Assembly: GCA_963754925.1 (NCBI GenBank)
Contig: CAVWHX010000004.1
Span: forward strand, 896,001 to 960,000
DNA: 64,000 nucleotides
Direction of reading: 5' to 3'
DNA from: an uncultured delta proteobacterium
GTDB taxonomy: Bacteria > Myxococcota > B64-G9
Position 1 is the first letter of the stretch. Each line of letters begins with the position of its first letter. Below, piece after piece: positions 30,046 through 39,007 of the stretch. The translations under genes were made by a program, and so were the position numbers. A model generated the notes under the pieces. That model saw nothing but the letters and a program-made list of their open reading frames with translations, did not search any database and was not told the DNA's origin.

Positions 30046-32703
30046 ATGGCCGGAATCTGGATTTTAGAACCAGACGAGAAACTTGGCGAGAGCCTGTCAA
30101 CGGCTATTCGGAATGCCGGCTTAGCGGTCGTCCTTTTTCGCGATGGGTCGGCGGCATCCTCGGCTATCAAAACAGATCCCCCGGGGTTGATTATTCTCGA
30201 CCTTGCTATCGACGACGGCCAGGGACTCGCCTTGTGTCATTCCATCCGAGGAATTCCGGGTGTCGACCTCGTACCGATTTTATTTCTTGGTGGCGGCGAA
30301 GGAGGAGTGAAAAGCTTTGGCGATGCGCTTGCCGAAGGTGGCGACTATTTCTTTCCTAAGCCGCCCGATGCAGGCAAAGTTGTTTCGAAGATACTCACCT
30401 ACGTTGGAATCGATCGAGAAAATCCGATGGTCATGACCACATCGTCTGACGGTATGAGTGCTCCACCTCCTGCAGCCGGCTCGATGACGAACACCCCGCA
30501 GATGGCGCCCGTGAAAGGAGCGCCCCAGAAAGACGAGCAAGCCGCCAACCTGGCCGGACGCGTTGAACAGATGCTCAACCTGGGGACAGCCTTCAAGGAG
30601 GGTCTCCTCGGCCCTCCGGATGCAACGGAAGATGCCGACACCCGGTTGGCGCGCCTGGAACAAGAAATTGTCAGCGAAGGTATACGGACTGAAGCCGGTC
30701 GCGCCAGCAAACCGGTCCCATCGACCGGCAAAACAGTTCGGAGAGAACCACCGGCATCTGAAAAAGAAATAGTTTCCGAAGGCGTGCCGCGCGCGCCCGC
30801 TCCACCGGAAAAAGTCTCTGGGGGTGTTGTCCTGCAGGCGCCCGTCAGCAGTACTCCGGTGGCGGATGAGGAGTCTGCCGAAGCTGTCTTCGCAAAACTG
30901 GCCGCTGAGCTTTTTGAGGAGAAATCGCCAGATACCACTGCTCAAGGACAAGCGAAACCGTTTATTCTCTCACCCGAGACGGGAACAAAACCAACCGTAC
31001 CGTCGCCGACGCAACCAGAGCGGCGGCAGCAGGCCCAAAAAGCAAAAACGACCGCCAAGCACAGTACTGAAGACCCGTCTCGCAAGGATTCACCCCTCCC
31101 GGCATCGGCACGCTCAACCCAGGCTGAAACATCAGCCCGTCGAGCGGCCGAGACAGCCTCAGCGACGCCTGCGGCACCTACAAAACCAACGCCCGTGCCG
31201 CCGCAACCTGAGCAACAGGTCGAACGAAAGGGAGCCACCCCGGTATCACCGCTGCCGCCCCACCCTTCAACGGGCCCTGAAGCGGTAGCTCCCGTACGTC
31301 CCGCACAAGAGGCCCCGCGTATCGATGAAGAGAATGGTGCCGACGATGAAACCATCAGTCCGCAGCGTTCAGCCTCCCAACAACCTCAGGAAGGCAGCAA
31401 ACCAGGTACTATCAGCGAAGATCAAATCGCTCGCGCGCAGCCGCCGCGGCCAACACTGGTTCGTCGCACACCCCAGCAACGGCGCAAGGGCCTCAGTCAG
31501 GTGCGCGAAGATCGCGACGTTTCAAGGTTACAACCGGAGACCGTTAATCTCGATCCGAGTGAGCCGACGCTTGAAGAGGAGCCAGGCAGGCACATCGATG
31601 AGCTTTTCCAACCCAAGCCAGCGCCGCAATATAAGCCGCCCGAGCCGGCAAGTAGCGACCTGTCGAGCGAAGCGGTTCCCTTTTTATTGTGGCGACTGCA
31701 CACCCAAAAGGTGACGGGCAAGGTGCTGGTTCGCTCCGGCTCGAATACCAAGGCGCTCTTCTTTGAAGACGGCATTCCGGTCGGGATACATTCATCCCTG
31801 GCACACGAACGTCTTGAAGAACTCCTCCTTCGCGAAGGATTGCTCGATCGGGCCGCGTACACGGAAGCGCGGGTGAAGGACCTCACGTCTCCCCGTCAGC
31901 TTGCAGCCCACTTGGTTGAGCGCGGTTGGTTGCGGGCGAACGAATTGTTTCCCATTGTTCGCCGGCATCTCGAAGAGGGAGTCATAACGCTCTTCGAGTG
32001 GGACACGGGCTCCGTAATCTTCGAGGCCGATCTCATCCCTGATATGGAAAAAGTGCGCCTGCCACGACCGTTAGCCGCATCGATCATGGCTGGCATCCGA
32101 CGTAAGTTTTTGCTCGAGCGCCTCATTCATGAATTAGGCGGTCCGGCGAGCCTGATTGCTCCCACCTCTAAGGAGAAACGTTCTGCGGTTACACCCGATA
32201 GCGAGGCGCTCGGCCTCACCCGACAGGAACGCGAGATTTTTCATTTGGTCAATGGTCTCAGGCCGATCGAGGAGATTGTTTTCATCAGCGGTTGTGACGC
32301 CGTGTTGGTGTATCGAGTATTGTTCGCCGGCATCGTAACCGGATTGCTGACCGTCCTGGTCAAAGGTATTCGTCCATCCGAAGGAGAAAGCGAAGCACGG
32401 GAGCGAGAATTCGCTATCGGCAAGCGACGGATAGAGGCCAAACTTGAGCACGTCAGCCGTGGCAGCTATTTCGATATCCTGGGGGTACCCGAAAGCGCCA
32501 GTCCGTACGAGATAGAACAAGCGTACCAGCGAACGACCCGTGAGTTTCACCCGGGTCAGTTCGCCCATCCGTCGTATCAGAATGTTGCTTCGCAGCTCGC
32601 GTTGATTCGTCGAACACTCGATGAAGCCTATGACGTCCTGAGCGACGACGTGTTGCGTGAAGACTACCGCCGCTCGCTCAGTTCGGTCAGCGAGCGGCAG
32701 TAA
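30046..32703 (+). CDS. Receiver domain, Pro-rich linker, DUF4388-like domain and J-like domain protein
   Basis: N-terminal IILD...KP receiver; long P/A/E/T linker; TGKVLV..LFFEDG; C-terminal YFDILGV...FHPG...EAYDVLSD. Confidence 0.75.
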   Translation: MAGIWILEPDEKLGESLSTAIRNAGLAVVLFRDGSAASSAIKTDPPGLIILDLAIDDGQGLALCHSIRGIPGVDLVPILFLGGGEGGVKSFGDALAEGGDYFFPKPPDAGKVVSKILTYVGIDRENPMVMTTSSDGMSAPPPAAGSMTNTPQMAPVKGAPQKDEQAANLAGRVEQMLNLGTAFKEGLLGPPDATEDADTRLARLEQEIVSEGIRTEAGRASKPVPSTGKTVRREPPASEKEIVSEGVPRAPAPPEKVSGGVVLQAPVSSTPVADEESAEAVFAKLAAELFEEKSPDTTAQGQAKPFILSPETGTKPTVPSPTQPERRQQAQKAKTTAKHSTEDPSRKDSPLPASARSTQAETSARRAAETASATPAAPTKPTPVPPQPEQQVERKGATPVSPLPPHPSTGPEAVAPVRPAQEAPRIDEENGADDETISPQRSASQQPQEGSKPGTISEDQIARAQPPRPTLVRRTPQQRRKGLSQVREDRDVSRLQPETVNLDPSEPTLEEEPGRHIDELFQPKPAPQYKPPEPASSDLSSEAVPFLLWRLHTQKVTGKVLVRSGSNTKALFFEDGIPVGIHSSLAHERLEELLLREGLLDRAAYTEARVKDLTSPRQLAAHLVERGWLRANELFPIVRRHLEEGVITLFEWDTGSVIFEADLIPDMEKVRLPRPLAASIMAGIRRKFLLERLIHELGGPASLIAPTSKEKRSAVTPDSEALGLTRQEREIFHLVNGLRPIEEIVFISGCDAVLVYRVLFAGIVTGLLTVLVKGIRPSEGESEAREREFAIGKRRIEAKLEHVSRGSYFDILGVPESASPYEIEQAYQRTTREFHPGQFAHPSYQNVASQLALIRRTLDEAYDVLSDDVLREDYRRSLSSVSERQ

Positions 32704-32720
32704 CGCATGAGGAGGAGAAC

Positions 32721-32996
32721 ATGCCAAAGGTTATCGTAACAAAAAAACACAACCTCTCGGTGGCCGAGGCCAAGAAAAAGGTAGATATATTCGCTGACAG
32801 CATTCAGAAAAAATATAACATTACCGGCGAATGGAGCGGTGATCGATATAATTTCAAGCGCACCGGCGCCAGCGGTTTTGTCCGGGTAACCGAGAGTAAA
32901 ATAGCGATCGAAGTCGATCTGTCATTGATGCTTGCGCCCTTGAAATCCAAGGTCGAGGACAGAGTACGTCAAACACTGGATAAGGAATTGGTTTAG
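32721..32996 (+). CDS. Polyhydroxyalkanoate system family protein (PHA_gran_rgn-like)
   Basis: 91 aa; HNL, W.GD...FKRTGASG, LAPLK pattern; GAGGAG RBS. Confidence 0.75.
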   Translation: MPKVIVTKKHNLSVAEAKKKVDIFADSIQKKYNITGEWSGDRYNFKRTGASGFVRVTESKIAIEVDLSLMLAPLKSKVEDRVRQTLDKELV

Positions 32997-33087
32997 CCCC
33001 TAAAGGGACAAGACATTGCCCACAGGATTAGAGATTCTTGCAAGCGAAGCGCGCTAGAATCTCTTATCCCCGAAGGGGACAAGAGAT
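32994..33087. repeat. REP-like palindromic repeat, same family as 771-1080
   Basis: TAGCCCCTAAAGGGACAAGA is the reverse complement of TCTTGTCCCTTTAGGGGCTA at 858; also AAGCGAAGCG core and TCTCTTATCCCCGAAGGGGACAAGAGA. Lies between convergent genes. Confidence 0.8.
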
Positions 33088-33459
33088 TTAGTTACTGAGG
33101 TGCTTACACAGAATCTCTTTTCCAGAGTAACTGTAAAAATGGGTAAATTGAACGCCAAACCCACCGTCGCGTTCGTAAAGCCGCGAGCTCAAAGTCACTC
33201 GTCGTACCCGACCGGATATTAATACCGAACCGCCGAAGCTAGGAAGATCAAGGGCCAGGGTCACGGTATCAGAAAGACTGGGGACGGCCTCGGCAACCAC
33301 ATAGGCGCCGCTCTGACTAACATCCCTTACCTCAACGTCGATAAAGGTGCCTTGATACTTCATGGTGGCGTCAAGTATGCGCCGATCCCGGCGGCCTTTC
33401 CGCCGTTCATGTCTCAATCGTTTCGGTAGTCGAATCATCTCGTTAGTAGCGCCATCCAT
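33088..33459 (-). CDS. Stand-alone PilZ-domain protein (c-di-GMP receptor)
   Basis: RxxxR (RRDRR) and DxSxxG (DVSQSG), G.V.R, GFGVQF; RBS before ATG at 33459. Confidence 0.85.
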   Translation of the reverse strand: MDGATNEMIRLPKRLRHERRKGRRDRRILDATMKYQGTFIDVEVRDVSQSGAYVVAEAVPSLSDTVTLALDLPSFGGSVLISGRVRRVTLSSRLYERDGGFGVQFTHFYSYSGKEILCKHLSN

Positions 33460-33492
33460 GACTGCTTCCCCCTCTGAGTAATCTATTCTCAT

Positions 33493-33521
33493 ACAATATC
33501 CTACATCAGCTACATTGTCAA
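33493..33521 (-). promoter_or_regulatory. Candidate sigma70 promoter for the PilZ gene
   Basis: TTGACA-N17-TATTGT on the minus strand. Confidence 0.5.
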
Positions 33522-33699
33522 CAATTTTAAACGACCAGAGCGTACAGTTGTCCCCAGCCCAACAACCTCAATTTTGATACCTCAATAAAATATCGATATA
33601 GACGCCGTTGGGGGATTTCCTGTGGCCAGGGGGTCAGCTCGGAGGAGGTTGTTGTCAGTTCGCAGGGTGCGAACGTATCAGCAGCTCTAGCAAACGTTC

Positions 33700-35718
33700 T
33701 TACTGAGTGAGCGCCGGATCGTACGTGTAGGTTTTTGGCGTGGGTGAAACCGCCACCTTGAGAATCTTTTGGCCGCCGTACAGTGTTCCGCCGGCGAGGC
33801 CGGTTACTTGTATCGTGGCGGCAGACGACGCCTGGAGGGTCACCGTCGTCCAGGTCGTTACACCGTTGGCCGTACTCGTGGTGACGAAGCCGCTCGGCGC
33901 TGCTGCTTGAGCAGCGATTATTTGCCACGCCAAGGTGTTCAGGTCGTGGAAGCGCGGGCTGACGATCGGCAGCTTGATCAGTTTCTCGTAGGCAGTCATC
34001 ACCGCACTGAGCCAATCGATTATCATGATATGACCGGCGCTGTCGTACGTATGCAAATTCGACTGATGGAACATGTGCGGAAAGGGAGAGCCGCTCAACA
34101 TTTGCAGCAGTGTAGTGTTGACCTCCGCATTAAGTATATCAGAATAGGCAAATATTTTGCAGTTCTTGCTTGGATCGGTGCAGGTCGGATCGTAAAGCAT
34201 AAAATTATATTCTGACACATTCTCGTCGGGCGTATTGGCGTTGTAGTAGATAGACGTTGGGTAGCGCGGCATGAGCACGATGTTGTAGGTGATTCCCTTA
34301 CTCACGACCTGCTGTATTATGTTTTGATTTGGCAGAGAAGAATCCGACGCGAGCATTCGCACACCCAACGCAGCAGCTGCTTGGCCAAGCGCCGGGTTGA
34401 AACCCGCCGGATAGGAGAGGCTATCACCAAGGTCGCTAAGACCCGAGTATTCACCGGTGAGAAGCTCAGAGGTCGCGTATTGGTAACCAGGTAGTCGTAG
34501 GTTTTTCCAAACAGTGGCGTTTTTATTGATCTCGCTGTAAACGGTGCTGTATGGCGTGAGCGGGCAAGGCGTTTGGAGAACATCGAAACACCCACCCATG
34601 TCTGCGTGACTGTAGGTGTGGTTGATGAAGCCAAAGTAGGAGCCATACAATCGGACGGCCGTGGTCAGCGGGTCTTTGGAGCTTGTGCCGATGCCGTTGA
34701 AAGCGTGATCGATTGTTAAACTGCTCGCCAAGGGATGCTGCGCCCAAAAAGTTTTTATGGCGGCGGCCAACTTGATAAATTCCGATGCACCCAAGCGATA
34801 CGGGGAGTGAACACCGTCCTCGGTCCAGTTGCTGTTGGTCGCCGGGTTCCAGACATCGTCGGCAATGAATAGGTCGTCGCTATGCGCCTCCAGGTACACC
34901 TGGTGCGCCCCAATAAAAAGACCCGAAGTGGCGAAGTTCAGGAATTCGTAGGCCAGCACGCTCGAATGCAAAAGCCAGTTGCCATTGTCTATGGTGCATA
35001 GCAACACTTTACGTCCATCTTTATAGGTGATCCTGAAAATCATCCCATAGCCAGATAGGCCACCGGCGGGCACCAAAAGCGTTTCAATCAGCGAAATCGT
35101 AGCATCAGCGCTGGTAATGGTTCGTGGTAGGGCAATGTTCGCTGGTGTACCTGTGGCTGTGCCATTGTCATTCCACGTAGTGGGCAGCGGGTTGGCCGTG
35201 TTGACGTATTCGAATATATCCGTGCCGCCAGCCGGCGACTGCCACAGACCACTGGAGACTGTCATACCTTGAACAGCGGACATGCCATAATCAAGATCAT
35301 AGTCGGCTATATCGCTGACCGGCCAGCCTGACATGACGGCCTCGTGCACGCCATACGTGCGTTCGTATTGATGCAGAAGCTGAAACTGGGCAAGGCCGAG
35401 ACCGGTGCCCCCGCTGACGGGAAGATACGTTTCGGCATCGGTCAGTATGATTCCGTTGTAGCGGCCCCGAGTGCCATCCTGGAGCTGCGCCGTGAGTTGC
35501 GCCGTGGTGGGTTTTGTACTGGTGTCGATAACATCATAGGGCACCCTTAACGACGTGAGCAGATTCTCTATCACCAACCGGGAATTATCCACGCTGGTGT
35601 TGCCAACCGCGACCACGAGCACCCGCAAGTCAACCTGGGCTGTCTGTGCCGAAGCCACTGCACTGAGTAGTGCAATATTGATCAGTAATACCTGACAAAA
35701 TACTTTCAGCCATTTCAT
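33700..35718 (-). CDS. Secreted Agd3-like (CE18) polysaccharide deacetylase
   Basis: Signal peptide (ASA/Q); HSDDLF, NHTYSH, PRYPTSIYYN and HMFHQSNL match the motif order of Agd3-family enzymes. Confidence 0.72.
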   Translation of the reverse strand: MKWLKVFCQVLLINIALLSAVASAQTAQVDLRVLVVAVGNTSVDNSRLVIENLLTSLRVPYDVIDTSTKPTTAQLTAQLQDGTRGRYNGIILTDAETYLPVSGGTGLGLAQFQLLHQYERTYGVHEAVMSGWPVSDIADYDLDYGMSAVQGMTVSSGLWQSPAGGTDIFEYVNTANPLPTTWNDNGTATGTPANIALPRTITSADATISLIETLLVPAGGLSGYGMIFRITYKDGRKVLLCTIDNGNWLLHSSVLAYEFLNFATSGLFIGAHQVYLEAHSDDLFIADDVWNPATNSNWTEDGVHSPYRLGASEFIKLAAAIKTFWAQHPLASSLTIDHAFNGIGTSSKDPLTTAVRLYGSYFGFINHTYSHADMGGCFDVLQTPCPLTPYSTVYSEINKNATVWKNLRLPGYQYATSELLTGEYSGLSDLGDSLSYPAGFNPALGQAAAALGVRMLASDSSLPNQNIIQQVVSKGITYNIVLMPRYPTSIYYNANTPDENVSEYNFMLYDPTCTDPSKNCKIFAYSDILNAEVNTTLLQMLSGSPFPHMFHQSNLHTYDSAGHIMIIDWLSAVMTAYEKLIKLPIVSPRFHDLNTLAWQIIAAQAAAPSGFVTTSTANGVTTWTTVTLQASSAATIQVTGLAGGTLYGGQKILKVAVSPTPKTYTYDPALTQ

Positions 35719-35855
35719 GTTTGTTACTCCTTTTTCGTAAAATATACATGTCTCGTTATACCGAGTGTTTTTTTTCATATTCGTTGCCGTTCGTTCGTTT
35801 TGCTGTTCCTCCTTTTGGTATCGAGCTAAATTTCAAAGTCTCCAAATCCAAAAGG

Positions 35856-38800
35856 CTAGCGCCACAAACTCTCCGCGTATTTCACATTGAGTCCCCAAAC
35901 CATGTCCCCGGGCGAACTGGTTGAGAAGTTGCCGGCGTTCGCCGCGATGGTGATTTCATCCCGGCCGAATACTTCGAAGCCGACACCTGCGCTGACCAGG
36001 TAGCCGAATTCGTTCATCGGCCAGAGCCAGCCGCCGGAAACATCGACTAGGTACTTGATGCCACGGCCAGCCGGCCGGGGAGCGCCGATTTGGCCGCGCG
36101 CCACGGTAGCGGCAACGCCGGCCCAGGCAGCACTTTCAGGCACCAACCAGCCCTGCGGAGGCGACGATTTGTTTACTAACAACGGCTCAAAAATTTCGTT
36201 TTCTTTCGTACCGTCCGATTGCCGATATGCAAGGTGGGTGGCCACACGCACATTGGCGTTATCAACATCCGACAAGCGGAAGCGAACGCCGGTCCCGACA
36301 TCCGCCGTGAGCCCGTTTCCGAGCCACTGCCGATCCCGGGTCAGGAATTCTTCCCCAGAGGCGACGGCGTTCACTATAAATATTTCACCAATGGGCACAT
36401 TTGCGCCGAGGGCCACCTGATCCCGAACGCCAAAGACCCTCATGCCGGCAGTCTCGGTCCCCACTTCGTTGATGGCGGCCCGAGCGCTGAGTTGGCCATC
36501 CTTGAGAATGCGCAGGCGTTGCTCAAGCACGCCGGAGGGCCGCGGCGTCTCGCCGTTGAGCATGTCGATGCCGACGGTAGCGATGGTCTCATGGGGTGCA
36601 TAGGCCAACCTTCCGCTGAGCTTGACCGCCACCTCATGATTTTGGTCAAACGAAAAGGCCGCGTTACTGAGTCCCTCGAGATTCGTATATGCCGCCGAAC
36701 CGCTGAGACCTCCGCCATTCCATGAGTAGACGGTGCCGACCTCGGTGTGCCAGCTCCGCAGACCCTGGAGCGTGGACACATCCGTCTGCACCCACACGTG
36801 CCGGGGGATATCTTGCGCCAGAGAGTTAGCGTCCACGGTCAAGGCCTCCCGGTCGGTATTTGAAAGGCTTTGACTTTGGATCTCCTGCAGGGCGACACGA
36901 ATGGCTTGCGGGTCGCGATCGAGGCGGTGCAGGATGTAGACGCTTTCCCGCGGCGTCGGAGAAACATTACCTGAGTCGTACAGACGCTGTAGATTGACCT
37001 TGTCATTGGTTTGCAGGGCCAAGTCAAACTCTTGGGCATGTTGACTTTGCCACAGAGCAGCATAGGTCCGATCCGCTGTCGGCGCCGCATCGGACGCCGA
37101 TGATAAATCTAGCCGGGCATTATCGAGAAGACCGCGGACTCTCTGGTAATCACCGCGTGCGGCGGCGCGCTGTGCCAGTTGTTGGTAAAAGCTCACCCGG
37201 AGGCGCCAATAATCCGGACTGGCGGTGAACTCAGATCCGGCTTTTTGGGCCATGTCCAGCAACGGAGTCAACCGATCGTAGTCACCGGCTTCAAAGGCCG
37301 TTACCATGGCGAAACGCAGCATTGAGGGATCGTCAAAACGCTTCCAGGTTTCTGTTGCCGTGGTAATCGCATCCCGGTCATTGCCAAGTTTTCTCTGGAG
37401 ATGAGCCAGCCGGATAAATTCTGCCGAGGTCGCCTCGGGCCGAAGTGCGATAGTGGCGTAAGCCGTTGCAGCATCCTGGATCTGGTCGAGGGACCATGCC
37501 AATTCAGCCACGCGCCGATGATGCTCGATACGATCGCTGTTGGCATTTTTCAGCGCGGTCAACGCTTCCGGTGATCGACCGAGACGGACCAGGAGATCGG
37601 CGTACAGCGTCGCATCAACGTCGGATTGGCCGAAACGCCGAGCAATTGAAGTCAGGGTCTCGGCGGCTTCTGGCAACTGGTTCAACCGCAACTGTATGGC
37701 CACCTGCCGACTCCACAAATCGTGGTCTTGCTCCCGTGGGCCGCGCAATTCCTGTTGCAGCAACCGCAGAGCCTCGCCGCCTTCGCCGATCGACTCGTAG
37801 AGCTTTACCAACTCGACCAATTCCTCAGCCTGCAGGGGTCCCCGGCGCGGCGCCTGCTGCATGAGTTTAATCCTCGTCGATTGATCCCAATATGCCTTTG
37901 CAAGATTCAGAGCTTGGGTGCGGGCCTCCTCGTCTCCACGGTAGTAAGCGAGCCATGTATATTCGTCTAGGGCTCGAAGCGGTTGCCCGCTCCACTGCGC
38001 TAATTCGGCCACCTGTCGATGGTTCTGTGCGTCTTCAGGGTGTCGCTCGAGCTTCACCTGCGCGAGCGAAAAGGCGCGCTGCACCTGACCGATAGCCAGC
38101 TCATTGCCAATCTGGTCGCTCAGGATCGAATCTTCTTCCGGGGCTAGCGCCAGAATTAAACGACCATACTGCGCCGCGCTATCAAGGTCGCCAACTTCCT
38201 TGGTTAAGACGACCGCCATGGAGAGAAGCTGTCGATCGTCGGGAAAGCGCTTGACGAGCTTCTTCAACATGGCGAGTAGTTCTTCCGGACGATCGGCGCT
38301 GCGTGCGCGCTCGAGTGCGCTCAACGCGTGTCGTTGACGGCGGGCGCCTTCGCTCTTATCGATCGCGGCAAGATGCAATTTCGCCGCTTGCATTGGCTGA
38401 CCAGCTTCAAGGTATATTTTATCAGCGGTAGCGAGGTACTGTTCGGTTTCCGGAGTTTCCAAGCCCCCGCGCCAGGCGAGATTGGCAAGGATCTCAGCCG
38501 CATATGCCAACTGGCCCATTTGTCGTGCGAGATCCGCGAGGCGTTTGGCATCCGCCGCGTTAAGCTCCGCATCTTTCAATGAGTCGACAGCACTGATAAG
38601 CTTTTGCTGAGCTGCCGAGCGCTCCAACGTGCCCGGCTGAACGGACGCCCAGGTTTTGAAGTCCAGCTCAACGCTCAACACCCTGGCTTCCAGGGTGTAT
38701 TTCGATTCGGCAGCCAGCAATGGCTTGAGCAATTCGTGGGTCTCGTCCAGGCGTCCGGCCGCGAGGTGCGCTCGTGCAACCTGGAGTCTCAGACGGGCGT

Positions 38801-39005
38801 CATCCGGCCGGTACTGCAAGCCCAGACGCAGATACATGAGCGACAGAGAGCTTGGCTCGACCTGTTCGGCGCGCTCTTCACGATCCAAGACAAATGACTC
38901 CAAAACAGCCAGGATGGCAAGCGCTACTGAAAACAGCACGAGCAGCGACAGAGCGCTCATCAGCGGACGGTGCTGATCCCGATATGATGGATTATAGATG
39001 GCCAT
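35856..39005 (-). CDS. pelB: PelB-like TPR plus outer-membrane barrel protein
   Basis: N-terminal hydrophobic helix, LSLMYLRL, many TPRs (AQWSGQP..AL), beta-strand-rich C-terminus; directly after pelA. Confidence 0.8.
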   Translation of the reverse strand: MAIYNPSYRDQHRPLMSALSLLVLFSVALAILAVLESFVLDREERAEQVEPSSLSLMYLRLGLQYRPDDARLRLQVARAHLAAGRLDETHELLKPLLAAESKYTLEARVLSVELDFKTWASVQPGTLERSAAQQKLISAVDSLKDAELNAADAKRLADLARQMGQLAYAAEILANLAWRGGLETPETEQYLATADKIYLEAGQPMQAAKLHLAAIDKSEGARRQRHALSALERARSADRPEELLAMLKKLVKRFPDDRQLLSMAVVLTKEVGDLDSAAQYGRLILALAPEEDSILSDQIGNELAIGQVQRAFSLAQVKLERHPEDAQNHRQVAELAQWSGQPLRALDEYTWLAYYRGDEEARTQALNLAKAYWDQSTRIKLMQQAPRRGPLQAEELVELVKLYESIGEGGEALRLLQQELRGPREQDHDLWSRQVAIQLRLNQLPEAAETLTSIARRFGQSDVDATLYADLLVRLGRSPEALTALKNANSDRIEHHRRVAELAWSLDQIQDAATAYATIALRPEATSAEFIRLAHLQRKLGNDRDAITTATETWKRFDDPSMLRFAMVTAFEAGDYDRLTPLLDMAQKAGSEFTASPDYWRLRVSFYQQLAQRAAARGDYQRVRGLLDNARLDLSSASDAAPTADRTYAALWQSQHAQEFDLALQTNDKVNLQRLYDSGNVSPTPRESVYILHRLDRDPQAIRVALQEIQSQSLSNTDREALTVDANSLAQDIPRHVWVQTDVSTLQGLRSWHTEVGTVYSWNGGGLSGSAAYTNLEGLSNAAFSFDQNHEVAVKLSGRLAYAPHETIATVGIDMLNGETPRPSGVLEQRLRILKDGQLSARAAINEVGTETAGMRVFGVRDQVALGANVPIGEIFIVNAVASGEEFLTRDRQWLGNGLTADVGTGVRFRLSDVDNANVRVATHLAYRQSDGTKENEIFEPLLVNKSSPPQGWLVPESAAWAGVAATVARGQIGAPRPAGRGIKYLVDVSGGWLWPMNEFGYLVSAGVGFEVFGRDEITIAANAGNFSTSSPGDMVWGLNVKYAESLWR

Positions 39006-39007
39006 GG

